From the NCBI GenBank assembly GCA_001643675.2, contig LSRY02000054.1, positions 496,001-560,000 of the forward strand: 64,000 nucleotides of DNA, read 5' to 3'. The notes under the pieces are model-generated. The model saw only the letters and a program-made list of their open reading frames with translations. It was not told the DNA's origin and ran no database searches. Below, in pieces: positions 47,973-59,148 of the stretch. Source of the stretch: Monocercomonoides exilis PA203. Lineage: Eukaryota; Protista; Preaxostyla. Both the position numbers and the translations under genes were made by a program. How positions within the stretch are numbered: position 1 is the first letter of the stretch; every line of letters starts with the position of its first letter.

Positions 47973-49958
47973 TCTTCTCTATTTAATTCTTCTTCATCCT
48001 CCTCCTCTTCTTCTTCCTCCTCCTCTTCTTCTCCTTCTCCTTCTTTCTCTTCTCCTTCCAACAGAAAAGTTAACACAGCAAAAACTCTTTCAAAAACAGA
48101 CAGAAAATCAAATTTGCCTTCTTCTTCTTCCTCTCTTTCTTTATTAAACACACCAACATCATCATCTTCTTCCTCCTCCTCCTCTTCTTCTTCTTCTTCT
48201 TCTCCATTAAATTCTTCTTCTCCTCTTTCTTCTTCTTCTTCTTCTTCTTCTCATCTTCTCAAAGACAATCCCATCAAACGAAGCTTAACTTCTTTCTCTC
48301 TCAGAAGATCTTCTTCTTTCTCTTTCTCTTCTTCTTCTTCCTCCCCCTCTTCTTCTTCTTCTTCTCCTCTTTCTCCTCTTTCTCCTCTTTCTCCTCTTTC
48401 TCCTTCTTCTGCCCCGTCTTCTCCTCGTCTTATTCCTTCTTCTTTCTCTTCTTCTTCTTCTTCTTCTCTTTCTTCTTCTTCTTCTTCTTCTTCTTCTTTG
48501 ATGTCTTTATCTTCTCCTTATCGAAATAAAACTATTAGTCCTTCTCCTCTTTCTTCATCATCATCTTCTTCCTCTTCTTCTCCTTCTCCTTCTCCTTCTC
48601 CTTCTCCTTTATCATTTTCTTCTTCTTCTTCTCTTTCTCCCTCTTCTCCTCACAAACCATCCATTTCTCGTCTTTCTATGCTCAAAAGAGCAAACTCATT
48701 CAGTTCTTCTCCTCTTTCGAATTGCTCTTTTTCTTCCTCTTCTTCTTCTGAAATTGAAGCTGAAGAGGACGTTAATGATAATGTCATAAGTACAATTAAT
48801 ATTTCTTCTCCTTCCTCTTCTTCGTCCTCTTCCTCTTCTTCTTCTTCTACAAATTCTTCATCAAATTCTTCTTCTTCTTCTCCTCTCCCCAGTACCCCTC
48901 GTTCCTATCTCAAACTGACTCGTTCTCATTCATTCAACTCCAAATCTTCCTCTCCAAAAAGTCCTTTTTCCTTTTCTTCTTCAAATTCTTCTCCTTCTTC
49001 TCCTTCTTCTCGACATTTTGACATGTCTGTCAAATTATCTGATTCAAATACAAATGATGGCAAATTGTTCGAACCCACAAGTAATTTTCCGGTCCGGAAA
49101 CTCGAAAATATAAGTGATGGGTGCAGAAAAAATGAAGGCGAAAAGGGCAATTTTGATGGGAGAAGCAGCACTTTGAGTAATAAAAGTGGGCAAATCAGTC
49201 AAATTAGTAAAATAAGTCAAGTTAGTCTTATTAGCAAGGCAAGACAAGGGAATAAGAGCAGAATTGGAAGTGGAAGTGGAAGAAGAGAAGAGAATAGAAA
49301 AGAGAACAGAAATATTAATGGCAGATTTGATGAATCAAGCAAACACAACAACAAAGAAGAAGAAGAAGAACATGATGATGATGATGAGAAGGAGGAAGAA
49401 GAAGATGCTTTGTGTTTGAGTGAAACATTTGCAATACCTGAATTCAAGCCACACAAAGCAGAAACTGCTTCTTCAACTACAACTGCTTCATTTTCAAATT
49501 CTTCTTCAAATTCCTCAAATTCATCATCTTCTTCTTCTTTTTCTTCTTCTTCTCATATCTCTTCATCGCATGCTCTTCTCCCTCAGTTTTCATCATACAT
49601 CACTCACATTCCCCTTCCGGCTGGTTCTGCTTTGCCGGCAAAATTATGTTCTTCTTCTTCTTCTTCTTCAAATTCTTCAATATCATCTTTATCAACAACA
49701 AAAGATCCTTCATTGTTATCATCATCTTCTTCTTCTTCTTCTTCATTTTCAAATTCTTCTTCTTCTTCTCCCTCTTCTTCTTCTTCTTCTTCTTCTTCTT
49801 CTTCTTCTTCTTCTTCTTCTTCTTCTTCTTCTTCTTCTTCTTCTTCTTCTTCTTCTTGTTTGAACACTTCTTCGCTGTATAAAGCGTCCTCTTCTTTATT
49901 TAAGTTCGCTTTGACTGCTCCGCCTTTGCCTTCTTCCTCTTCTTCAAAGAAAGCATAA
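44513..49958 (+). CDS. Casein kinase 1 family kinase with about 1500-aa acidic/basic/poly-Ser C-terminal extension
   Basis: IGKGSFG, VAAKME, VMELLG, intron 44824-44899, HRDVKPENF, IDYGLSK, GTPRFAPINAHLG, RKDDLESL, LPWQG. Confidence 0.92.
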
Positions 49959-51250
49959 GAATTTCTATCTAATTTATTTCTTTTTTCTTCTTTTTTTCTT
50001 CTTCTTCATCTTCATCATCTTCATCATCTTCTTCCGTTTCTTCCATTTCTTCAGTACCTTCTTCATATTTAGCTTCATATGAATTGCAAAGAACATAATT
50101 CTTCAATGAAAACATGACATTTAAAAGGCGAAAAGCAGAAAAAAGCGAAATAAAAAAAATGGAAATGTTAATTTTTAATTGTTTTTTGTGTGTGTGTTAT
50201 GAAAAAAAAAAGTAATTGTTTTGTTATGTTGTGAATATGTTTGATTAAAAGAAGAAGAAGAAGAAGAAGAGAAAGAAAAGAGAAAGAGAAAGAGAAAGAA
50301 AAATTGGATTATTGTTTGGATTTGGTTGGAGTTCGTATTAATTTGTGTAATTCGAATTTTTTGTTTTTTCAATGAAAATGCATTCATAAACATCATCTTC
50401 TTCTTATTCTGCTCTTTTTCTTTCTCTTTCTTTCTCTTTCTCCCTTGCTAATAAATTAATTTCTTTATTTATTACCAAAAATTAGTATTGATTTATGTCT
50501 TTATTGAATGTTCCATGTAATGTATGTTATTTTTCATTGGCTGTTGTATCATATTGAAATTTTGTTGTAATTCGATTTCTTTCTTTCTTTCTTTAGCGAA
50601 AAATATGTTTATTCTTCTTCTTCTTCTTCTTTATGGAATTATTTATTTATTTAACTTTTTTTTTTTTTATTTTATTTCTTTTTTTATTTTTTTATTGATT
50701 AAAGTTTGATTTTCAAAGCATTTCGAGGATTTTTACTTGTTTTTTTAGCAGTAATCCTTGAACATTTTTGTTTCATCTGAAGATTGCAATCAAGTTGCTT
50801 TCTCTTTTCTTATTCTGAAGCTTTTGCCGTGTAATATTGTTAATAATAATTTTGTTTCATTTTTCCATATTTTTATCTCAATTGAATTTTCAATAATAAT
50901 TTTTATTTTTTAATCAAACAAAATCCATGTTTTTTTTTTGTGTCATATCTCACGTCATTCACGAAAAACAAAGAAAAGAAAAAAGAAAACAATTGATAAA
51001 ATACTAAGTGCTTGTAACTTTTTTATCACTTCGGATTTCATGAACAAAAAAGAAGAAAACCTATTAGCATTTGTAAGTATTAAAATAACACAACAAAATT
51101 TTTGTTGCTTCTTTATTTCTCTTTAAGATGAGTATAAAATAAAAAAAAACTAGACTGCTTTCCAAAATATCCTCTCCATAAAATGAAGATAGCAAAAAAA
51201 AATCAAACCATTTAAAATTCAACAAAACAAATACATTCTCAAAATGATTA

Positions 51251-51886
51251 TTATGAAGTACTCGACAAAGCTGCGTCTTGCTTATCCATCATTGGTCCTG
51301 CTCCTTGACCGGCATAAGGTTGATAGGTTGTCGGCTGATATCCACTGTTCGCAACATTTGTTTGCGGATATCCAGCATTATATCCAGGGGTATATGCTGC
51401 TTGATTTGGCGTTGCATTTGGAGCAGGATAACCCGCTGTATATCCAGTTGGATATGTTCCAGGATATCCAGTTGGATAATTCTGTGGATAGCCTTGTTGA
51501 CCTGCCGCAGGATAACCAGGAGTCTGGTATTGAGGTGCCCCATATGGAGCATATTGAGCGGGTTGAGCACCTGCAACTCCTGGAGCTGGAACATATCCAC
51601 TTTGGTTCTTCTTCTTTTTCTTTTGATAGCAGCAGCAACATATGATAACGCCAACAAAGATCAAAGCCCCACCAATGAAAATAACACAGTACACAGCAGT
51701 GGTAATATTAAGTTTCGTTTGTATTTCATCAAGTTGACTCAAAGTGCATTTGTTATAAGTGCAATCATAATATCCAGTGCATTTAAAATAATGTGTATAG
51801 TTGCAACAATATGTCGTTGAATAATTTGTGTAATAGCAAGTGTAGCAAAAAGTTTCTTGCAAAAGTGGTAAAAGAATTGCAAGCAT
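51251..51886 (-). CDS. Small single-pass membrane protein: Cys-rich ectodomain, CCCC juxtamembrane motif, Pro/Tyr/Gly/Gln-rich tail (Shisa/VOPP1/CYYR1-like architecture)
   Basis: Signal peptide from ATG 51886; CYTCYY...CCNY...CTGYYDC; TM then ICCCCYQKKKKK; repeated GYP/PGY. Confidence 0.78.
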   Translation of the reverse strand: MLAILLPLLQETFCYTCYYTNYSTTYCCNYTHYFKCTGYYDCTYNKCTLSQLDEIQTKLNITTAVYCVIFIGGALIFVGVIICCCCYQKKKKKNQSGYVPAPGVAGAQPAQYAPYGAPQYQTPGYPAAGQQGYPQNYPTGYPGTYPTGYTAGYPAPNATPNQAAYTPGYNAGYPQTNVANSGYQPTTYQPYAGQGAGPMMDKQDAALSSTS

Positions 51887-52070
51887 CACAAACAATTATG
51901 ATCAATTATGATCTTATCTCATAAAAGCAACTTTTTCATATTTTTTGATAAAATTATTTTGCAATTAACTTTCAATGTGCGAATAGTTACATACTCAAAT
52001 TTCTATCAGTTGAATGACTTATCAAACATTTTGAAATTTTGTGAAGCATGTTTCCCATATTTAAGTATTT

Positions 52071-53265
52071 ATGTCTGTTCAGGAAGAAGAAGTTCAACAA
52101 GAAGTCGTTGAAGGAGCAATTCCAATTTCAAAGTTGGAAGGAAATGGAATTACTGCAGCAGATATTAAAAAATTGATGGAACAAGGATTTTTCACAGTTG
52201 AATCTGTTGCTTTTACAACAAAAAAGAATATTATGAATGTGAAGGGAATAACAGATGGAAAGGCAGACAAATTGTTGGCGGAAGGTATTCATATGTATTA
52301 TTATTGTTGATTTATAAACATATAAAATAATTTTTACTCTATTTTGTATTAAAGCTGCAAAGCTCGTGCCAATGGGCTTTCGAACAGCTTCTGACTTTCA
52401 TCTTCAGCGCCAACAAATCTTGAGAATAACAACAGGATCAAAAGCACTTGACGAGCTTCTTGAAGGTTTTTTTTTTCAAAAATTCAATTTTCTTCGTTTC
52501 AAAAAAAAATTGATTTATTTCACAGGAGGAATTGAAACTGGTTCAATAACAGAAATATTCGGTGAATTTAAAACTGGAAAAACACAGATATGCCACACAT
52601 TATGTGTCACTTGTCAACTTCCACAAGATCAAGGAGGTGCAGAAGGAAAAGCTCTTTATATTGATACTGAAGGTACTTTCCGTCCTGAGCGTCTTGTGAA
52701 AACAGCTGAACGATTTGGATTAAATTCAGCTGTTTGTGTTATGTTTTTTTGTATATTCTTAATTTTTTACATTTTATTTTTTGTTAAACGCATTTAGGAT
52801 GTTCTCGATAATGTAGCATATGCACGAGCATACAATAGTGATCATCAAACACAACTTCTGATTCAAGCTTCTGCACTTATGGCAGAAGAGCGATTTGCCC
52901 TGTTGATAATTGATTCTGCAACGGCATTGTATCGTACTGATTATTCTGGACGTGGCCAGCTAAGTGACAGGCAAATGCATTTAGGACGTTTTTTGAGAAC
53001 TTTGCTTCGTTTGGCAGATGAATATGGAATTGCTGTCGTCATTACAAATCAGGTGGTTGCTCAAGTTGATGGAATGTCTTTTGTTGGAGAAGCTAAAAAA
53101 CCAATTGGAGGTCATATCATGGCTCATGCATCAACAACCAGGTTGTCTTTGAGAAAAGGAAAGGCTGAAACAAGAATATGCAAAATATATGATTCTCCTT
53201 CTCTGCCGGAATCTGAGGCACAGTTTGTAATAACGGAGAATGGAATTGGCGATGCAAAAGATTGA
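52071..53265 (+). CDS. RAD51: DNA recombinase RAD51
   Basis: 4 exons (introns 52285-52354, 52466-52525, 52732-52797); [67 protein letters not shown] (Rad51 rather than Dmc1 signature). Confidence 0.96.
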
Positions 53266-54244
53266 ATTGCGTGTCTTTTTATATGTTCAATTCACCTTTT
53301 TCTTTATTCTCATGGTGCATTTATGATTTTTTGTTTGTTTGTTTGACTTGTTTTTTCACTGAAATCAAATATTTTGTTCCAATTATTATACGTGTTTGTC
53401 CACACGGTTTTGGAATATATCGTTTAAGAACTTTAAATGGAAATTTGCTTTTGTGGACAATTATCTTTCTAAAAAATTAATTATAGTGCAAAAAGAATTA
53501 AACATTTATTTAAATTGTAACAGAATAGATTTTACTTATTTCAAAACTTTTCCGAATAAGTTGTCTTTAATTGTGTTATTCAATCAAATTAATAAGTTAA
53601 TACAATATCAATACATTTATACGTTGACGTATTCGCTACACATCATATCCTACTACAATTTCAATTATGAATCTGTAAATAGAAATGTTTGTAATTATAA
53701 AACAAAATAAAACTTCTGTTGAACAAAATATTCGAAAAAAAAAGTGAAATGATTGCATAAAATATAGCAAGTCGAATAAAATCCATTTGATATCAACAAA
53801 AAATTATTTTCAATTTTTTAAAGATAAATTTTCAACGGATTAGGATGTTAAAAAAAGAACAAAAACCTAAAATCGTCACAATTGTTTATAAAATTGAGTA
53901 AATTCATATTGAGTTCCCGATCATAGATTAACAAAATAAAGTCCCGCAAAAAATATGTATAAAAACAATTAAATTACTTAGAATTACACAATACGTCGAC
54001 TAAATTCAGTAAATCACTCTTAAAAGCTTAAATAGCGTTTAAAAAAATAAAAAGCCTTTGGATAAAAGCACAACGCAAAGTTATAAGTTACATCTTCTTC
54101 GTTTCACATGTGCAGCATTCATTAGTAAAAGAAAATCTGATTTTTATCTATTTTGGTGATCTTTTTGCTCAAATAGTGGAAGTTTTGATCCATAACAACC
54201 AATTTGTAGGTTGAATTTCAATTTAAATAAATATATCGTTTTAA

Positions 54245-55439
54245 ATGCCGAAACAAGCAAAAGGAGGATATCATCAAAGTCAACAATCTGAAGAAGACCC
54301 CAATCGGTTTGAGTTTAATCATTTTTTACACTGATCATGACGTCGAACATTTCAAATTTTGCACACTTTTTTTTAGCCTCTGGTGCACATGTCAGGTGTG
54401 ACACAATTCATAAAAGTTGTCAATTATTTAATTTTATGTTATATCTATCAATTATAATTCATGTGCCGCATTGCGCCTTTAAATAAATAACAAATTACAA
54501 ATTTTCAAAGACTCCTTATGTTGAAGGTCAATTTATGATTCAGTGCGATATGTGCAATGAAGTTTGATGTTATTATTATATTTATAATTTTTTCAACAAA
54601 ATTTATTTCTTTTGTTTTTTCTTTTATTATGATATAAACGCAAATAACATTTTTCAAATTTTAGTGGTTTCATGGAACATGTGTTGGTATTACTCCCAAG
54701 CAGGCTGAAACAATGGATACTTATTATTGTGATGCTTGTGTTGCGAAATCACAACATAACAAAAAGCGTCTTCCTCCTTCAATGCCTGGAGTTTGTTATT
54801 GTTATTGAAGTTTTTTCCAAAATTGATCTTTCAACTAATATATTTTATTTTCTTTACAAAAAGGCTTCTGACGCATCTAAACCTTCAAAGGATGTGCGTG
54901 TAGAGGTTGTGCGTCATCTTGAGTCAATATTTAAACGTGGAGCTGAAAAGTGCATTGGAGTTTTAAAGAGCGAGATTGACGCTGGAGTTGGTGAGTCTGA
55001 AAAAGCTCAAAAAGAGCGAGAAATCGAGTTGGTGCGTCAAGTGATGCAGTCCAATGAAAAATTACATGAAATGTCAGTTGATGCTGAAAGAGGCTTGAAA
55101 GAGATGTGTGGAGGCGAAAAGGAAAAGCGATACAGAGATCAATATAGAACCATCAAATCGAAAATGGACTCTGATGAAGCTGCTAATAATCCATGGAGGC
55201 TGAAATTCTTTTTGGGAGAACGTTTGCAAATTTGTTAATTTATTTATAAGTTTTTGACAATCCGTAATTTTTATTTTTAATTTTTTCTCATTCGAAATTG
55301 AAATACTTTTTTTTCATATAATTTTGCTTGTTTGCAAATAATTGGCTTTTTAGAACCTGCTTATAATATGGGAGCTGCTGAGATGTCAGGTTCCGTTGAT
55401 CCTGCTGCCCAGCCTCCGCAACATCCAGTTTTAATGTGA
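54245..55439 (+). CDS. PHD finger + TFIIS central-domain-like protein (Bye1/DIDO1/PHF3-like, no SPOC), 6 exons
   Basis: Spliced: RLWCTCQTPYVEGQFMIQCDMCNEWFHGTCVGITPKQAETMDTYYCDAC, then VRVEVVRHL...AERGL...KRYRDQYRTIKSKM...NNPWRLKFFLGE...MGAAEMS. Confidence 0.82.
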
Positions 55440-56080
55440 GTTTAATTGTCACCCTAATATTTTAATTTGAGCTGGTCGATATCTCTCCCACTTCAATTGT
55501 TATACGTTTTTTACTTGTCACCAGCATGCAGATAATGCTTTATCATTCACTTTTATTCAATTTGCTTATTGGATTGAAATAGACACTGTATTGTAAATCT
55601 TTAGACTGCTTAATTATGTAATATTTTTTATCCTATTTCAAACAGTACAGCTATAAAGTCAATATTTATCTAAATTTTCTAATATATATACCAAAATGTT
55701 TCAAAGAAAATAATTCAAAATCGCAGTCAATCGTTGAAAGAGAAGTCCATGTTTATTGAAACCTTGATAAAATAAGCTTAGAAATTCCAAGTTTTGTTTT
55801 GGATAATTAATAAAATCTTGAAAGAAATATAAAAAATTTGAATGAGAATTTCAATGTATAACAATGAAATTTTCAACAGTTTCAATTTGTTTCAAAAACT
55901 CTTTTTTTAATTTCCACTTTCTTTACTCAATTTAAAAAAAAAAGTTTTTTCTTCAACAAACTACATTCAAAAATTGTTCCAAAAAATATCAATTTAGTTG
56001 TTGCATACACCAAAAATGTTTCAAAATCGAAAAACTTTCAAGCACAGTCGAAAGTTAGAAAAACTTCAAATTCACAAAAT

Positions 56081-56356
56081 GGGGAAAAATACGGACTTTC
56101 AAGCTTTTTATGTGCAAAGTTCAAAAAATTTGCTTCACTTATAACTTTGTTTCGATTTCTCTGATTTTCAAAAAATTGGATTTTCATCTCAGGGATCGGA
56201 TATCATTGATTTTACAGCATTAAGTTTAGTGACATTTCACGAATGTCGAAGAATGGAATCATTTTTACTGTGTATTTTTATCAAAAAAAGTCAATTAAAA
56301 GTGCTTTTTTTTTTTTTTTTTTTTAAGAAAATGCTTGAAGAGATATATTTTCCCCT
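56081..56356. mobile_element. MITE, GGGGNAAAATA family copy 1 (nested)
   Basis: AAAT|GGGGAAAAATACGGACTTTCAAGCTTTTTATG ... ATATTTTCCCCT|AAAT; homologous to 58881-59148. Confidence 0.8.
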
Positions 56357-56383
56357 AAATGCTGACAAAAATACAAAGATAAT

Positions 56384-56436
<53 letters not shown>

Positions 56437-56473
56437 ATTGTTGTTGTTGAAATATCTTTTATATTTGTAATTT

Positions 56474-56729
56474 GGGTGATTATTTTTGAAATCATATTTT
56501 TTTGTTCATAATTTTCGGTTTATAAATCACCCTTGAATATTTATAAATGAACACAAAAAAAGTCAAATGGTATGTTTGAGACATCTTCATCTTTATTTCA
56601 GCAAAAACATTTGTTTTTGAAACAGTTGTGATAGTTTCAATGTTTGAATTCGAAATCTCTTCCCAATAACAAACAATCTTTGAAAAATCAACACCCCGAA
56701 AAAAGATATGATTTCAAAAATAATCACCC
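56474..56729. mobile_element. MITE, GGGTGATT family copy 4 (256 bp, nested)
   Basis: ATTT|GGGTGATTATTTTTGAAATCATAT ... ATATGATTTCAAAAATAATCACCC|ATTT. Confidence 0.9.
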
Positions 56730-57430
56730 ATTTAGATTATTTTTTATCTCTTTTCCGATATGTTTTTGTGCTTCATTTTGTTTAATTGAAATTTTTTGAA
56801 ACATGAGCTGAATTCTGATTTATTTTTATCTCATTTCAATTGAAAGGATCCTTCTTCACAGAAATTTTCCCAAAGAAAATTTTTGTTTATAAACCAATTT
56901 TTAGTGGTATGATGAATTCAGAATTTGTTCTCTTTTTTCGTGTTTATTTTAACGAAATACTCATTTCTTTTGAAAAAAACTAATGTTTTAAGTTTTGTTT
57001 CGAGTTTGTTATTGAGTTAATTTTGGTATAAAATTGTGAAATTTTGAAAAAAAACAACAATCCAAACATTACGAATTTTTTTCTCATATACAAAAGAAAA
57101 ACATTTCTTTTCCATTGAATACTTTTTATTAAAGTTAATTTTTTCGATTAATTTTCGATTTCTATCAAAAGTTTTTCAACTTTTGTTGAAAGTGATTCAA
57201 TTTTAAAATTTTTTTGGTTTTATTCTTTCCATTAAAAAAAAATCGTTTTTTTCTTTTTCTTCGATTTTTCATTTTCTTTTTCTTCTTTCTTTGTTGGTTG
57301 GTGTGTTAATAAATTGACATATTCTTTTTTTCGGCAATAAACACGTTTATGATTTTATTCTTCATAAAACCTACTGCATAAAGAAAAAAATGAACTTTCT
57401 TTTGATCTCACTGATAAGCTCGAATCAAAT

Positions 57431-57670
57431 AGGTAATTCTTTATGAAAAGTCGCAATTTTTTAATTTTCAGATAAATCAAAAATTTCATATTTTGCTCAA
57501 AATTTTGTTAACATCAACAAAACTTCACAAACATGGAATCAATATTTGGATAATGCAATTTTAAACATTCTAAAGAAGATTCGTGAGTAGAAACAGAAAT
57601 TTGACCAAATTATGAAATTTTTGATTTATTTAAAATTAAAGCATTTGCGTCTTTTCAAAAAGAATTACCC
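57431..57670. mobile_element. MITE, GGGTAATTCT family (240 bp, about 75-bp imperfect TIRs)
   Basis: AAAT|AGGTAATTCTTTATGAAAAGTCGCAA..ATAAATCAAAAATTTCATA ... TATGAAATTTTTGATTTAT..TTGCGTCTTTTCAAAAAGAATTACCC|AAAT. Confidence 0.8.
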
Positions 57671-57932
57671 AAATAGAAGCATAATATTGTCGTTCCTTTC
57701 CATTTTTATTTCAATTTGAACAAATTGGATTGTTTATCTCGGACACAGTTTATTATTCCTAATAGTGATGATCGCTTTGTATGTTTCTTTGACTTGTGAA
57801 TTCACGTTTTCATGTTCGACATTGGAGTTTTTTTTTAATCTATTTTTTGACTTTCAAAAACATCTGTTTTAAATTCACTCCGAATGAAGATAAATGTGAA
57901 ATATTTTTTTATATGTTCGTTTCGATTAAATA

Positions 57933-58592
57933 CACCAAAAATTATTCAAATTCGAAAATGAATAATTCAATTTAGAAGCAATAATTTTTTTGTTTTGTGG
58001 AATAAATAACTTGTGTTTTGGGTTTTAAATTCTTTTAATTATTATCTCATTAGCAAATTTTGTTTATCAATATTTGAGAAATGATGCATTTTCATTTTGA
58101 AAATGTTTTTTATTTTGAATGAAGGTTTATTGATTGAAGTTAATTTGAAAAGGAAATAAATACTTTTTCATGTATAAAACCGATATTATTCAAAAATTTG
58201 CCAATGAAACAATCACATTATTGTGAAGAAATAATTCAATAATCGTGATAAAATTTTTTCAATTTTTATTTGGTTATTCAATAGAATGAATTTTTATAAA
58301 ACTATTATTATTTGAGTGATGATTTTCGAAAATGAAATAATTTTTTATAAAAAATTGATTTCTTGATTGTTGCAATAAAAAATACAGTTTTAATGAGTAA
58401 TAAAATTTGATTTGTTAAAAAATAACTTGAACTTTTCTGAAATCCATTCTCGAGAAAAATTAAAAATTTCAGTTTTTAATGAATTTCGAAATTGTATAAA
58501 TCATTTTCGAAATTGAATTGTTCTTTTTCGAATTTGAATTAATAAATTACGAAATTGAATTATTTTTTTTCGAATTAGAATTATTTTTGGTG
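57933..58592. mobile_element. MITE, CACC-family copy 4 (660 bp)
   Basis: TA|CACCAAAAATTATTC ... GAATTATTTTTGGTG|TA; 21-bp TTCGAAATTGAATT-type subterminal repeats. Confidence 0.85.
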
Positions 58593-58880
58593 TATCAGGT
58601 TAAAATGAAAAACGAATGTTATCATCAAATTTTCAATTCAACTCACCGAAATACACCAGCATGGAAACGATTACAGCATCAAGCGTTAATTTCAACTCTG
58701 GTGAATTTTTGTTAGTTGGCATGAATATTTGATGAAAATATTCGTTTATCATTTTACCTGATAATTAAACAAAAGGAACTTTTCAAAAAATTTCTCATAT
58801 AAGTGATAATCTCTGAAATCACAAATTTTCAATGAGATAACGAAAAATAATTCTTTTGTCAAAGGAAAAAATGGTTATTT

Positions 58881-59148
58881 GGGGCAAAATATGGACTTTC
58901 AAGCTTTTTATGCACAAAGCACAAAAAAATGTTTCACTCATAACATTTTTAAACTTTATCAGATTTCAAAATAAATTTGATTTTCCTAACTGAAAGCAAA
59001 CATCATTGATATTATAACATAAAGTTCAGTGACTTCGTATATATTTCGAAAAACAAACCCATTTATTTTCTATTTTTAAGATCACTGAAAATTCATCCAA
59101 GGTGCATAATTTTTCAATGAAAATGCCTGAAGTGAAATATTTTACCCC
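58881..59148. mobile_element. MITE, GGGGNAAAATA family copy 2
   Basis: ATTT|GGGGCAAAATATGGACTTTCAAGCTTTTTATG ... ATATTTTACCCC|ATTA. Confidence 0.8.

Larger units (their letters stand above)
56008..57219. mobile_element. MITE, CACC-family copy 3 (homolog of 38666-39416) carrying two nested MITEs and an expanded A-run
   Basis: TA|CACCAAAAATGTTTCAAAATCGAAAAACTTTCAA; internal sequence collinear with copy 2; degenerate right end. Confidence 0.78.

Noticed and set aside
52071-53265. Possible DMC1 assignment
   Set aside because: [17 protein letters not shown] and NQVVAQVDG are Rad51-type residues.
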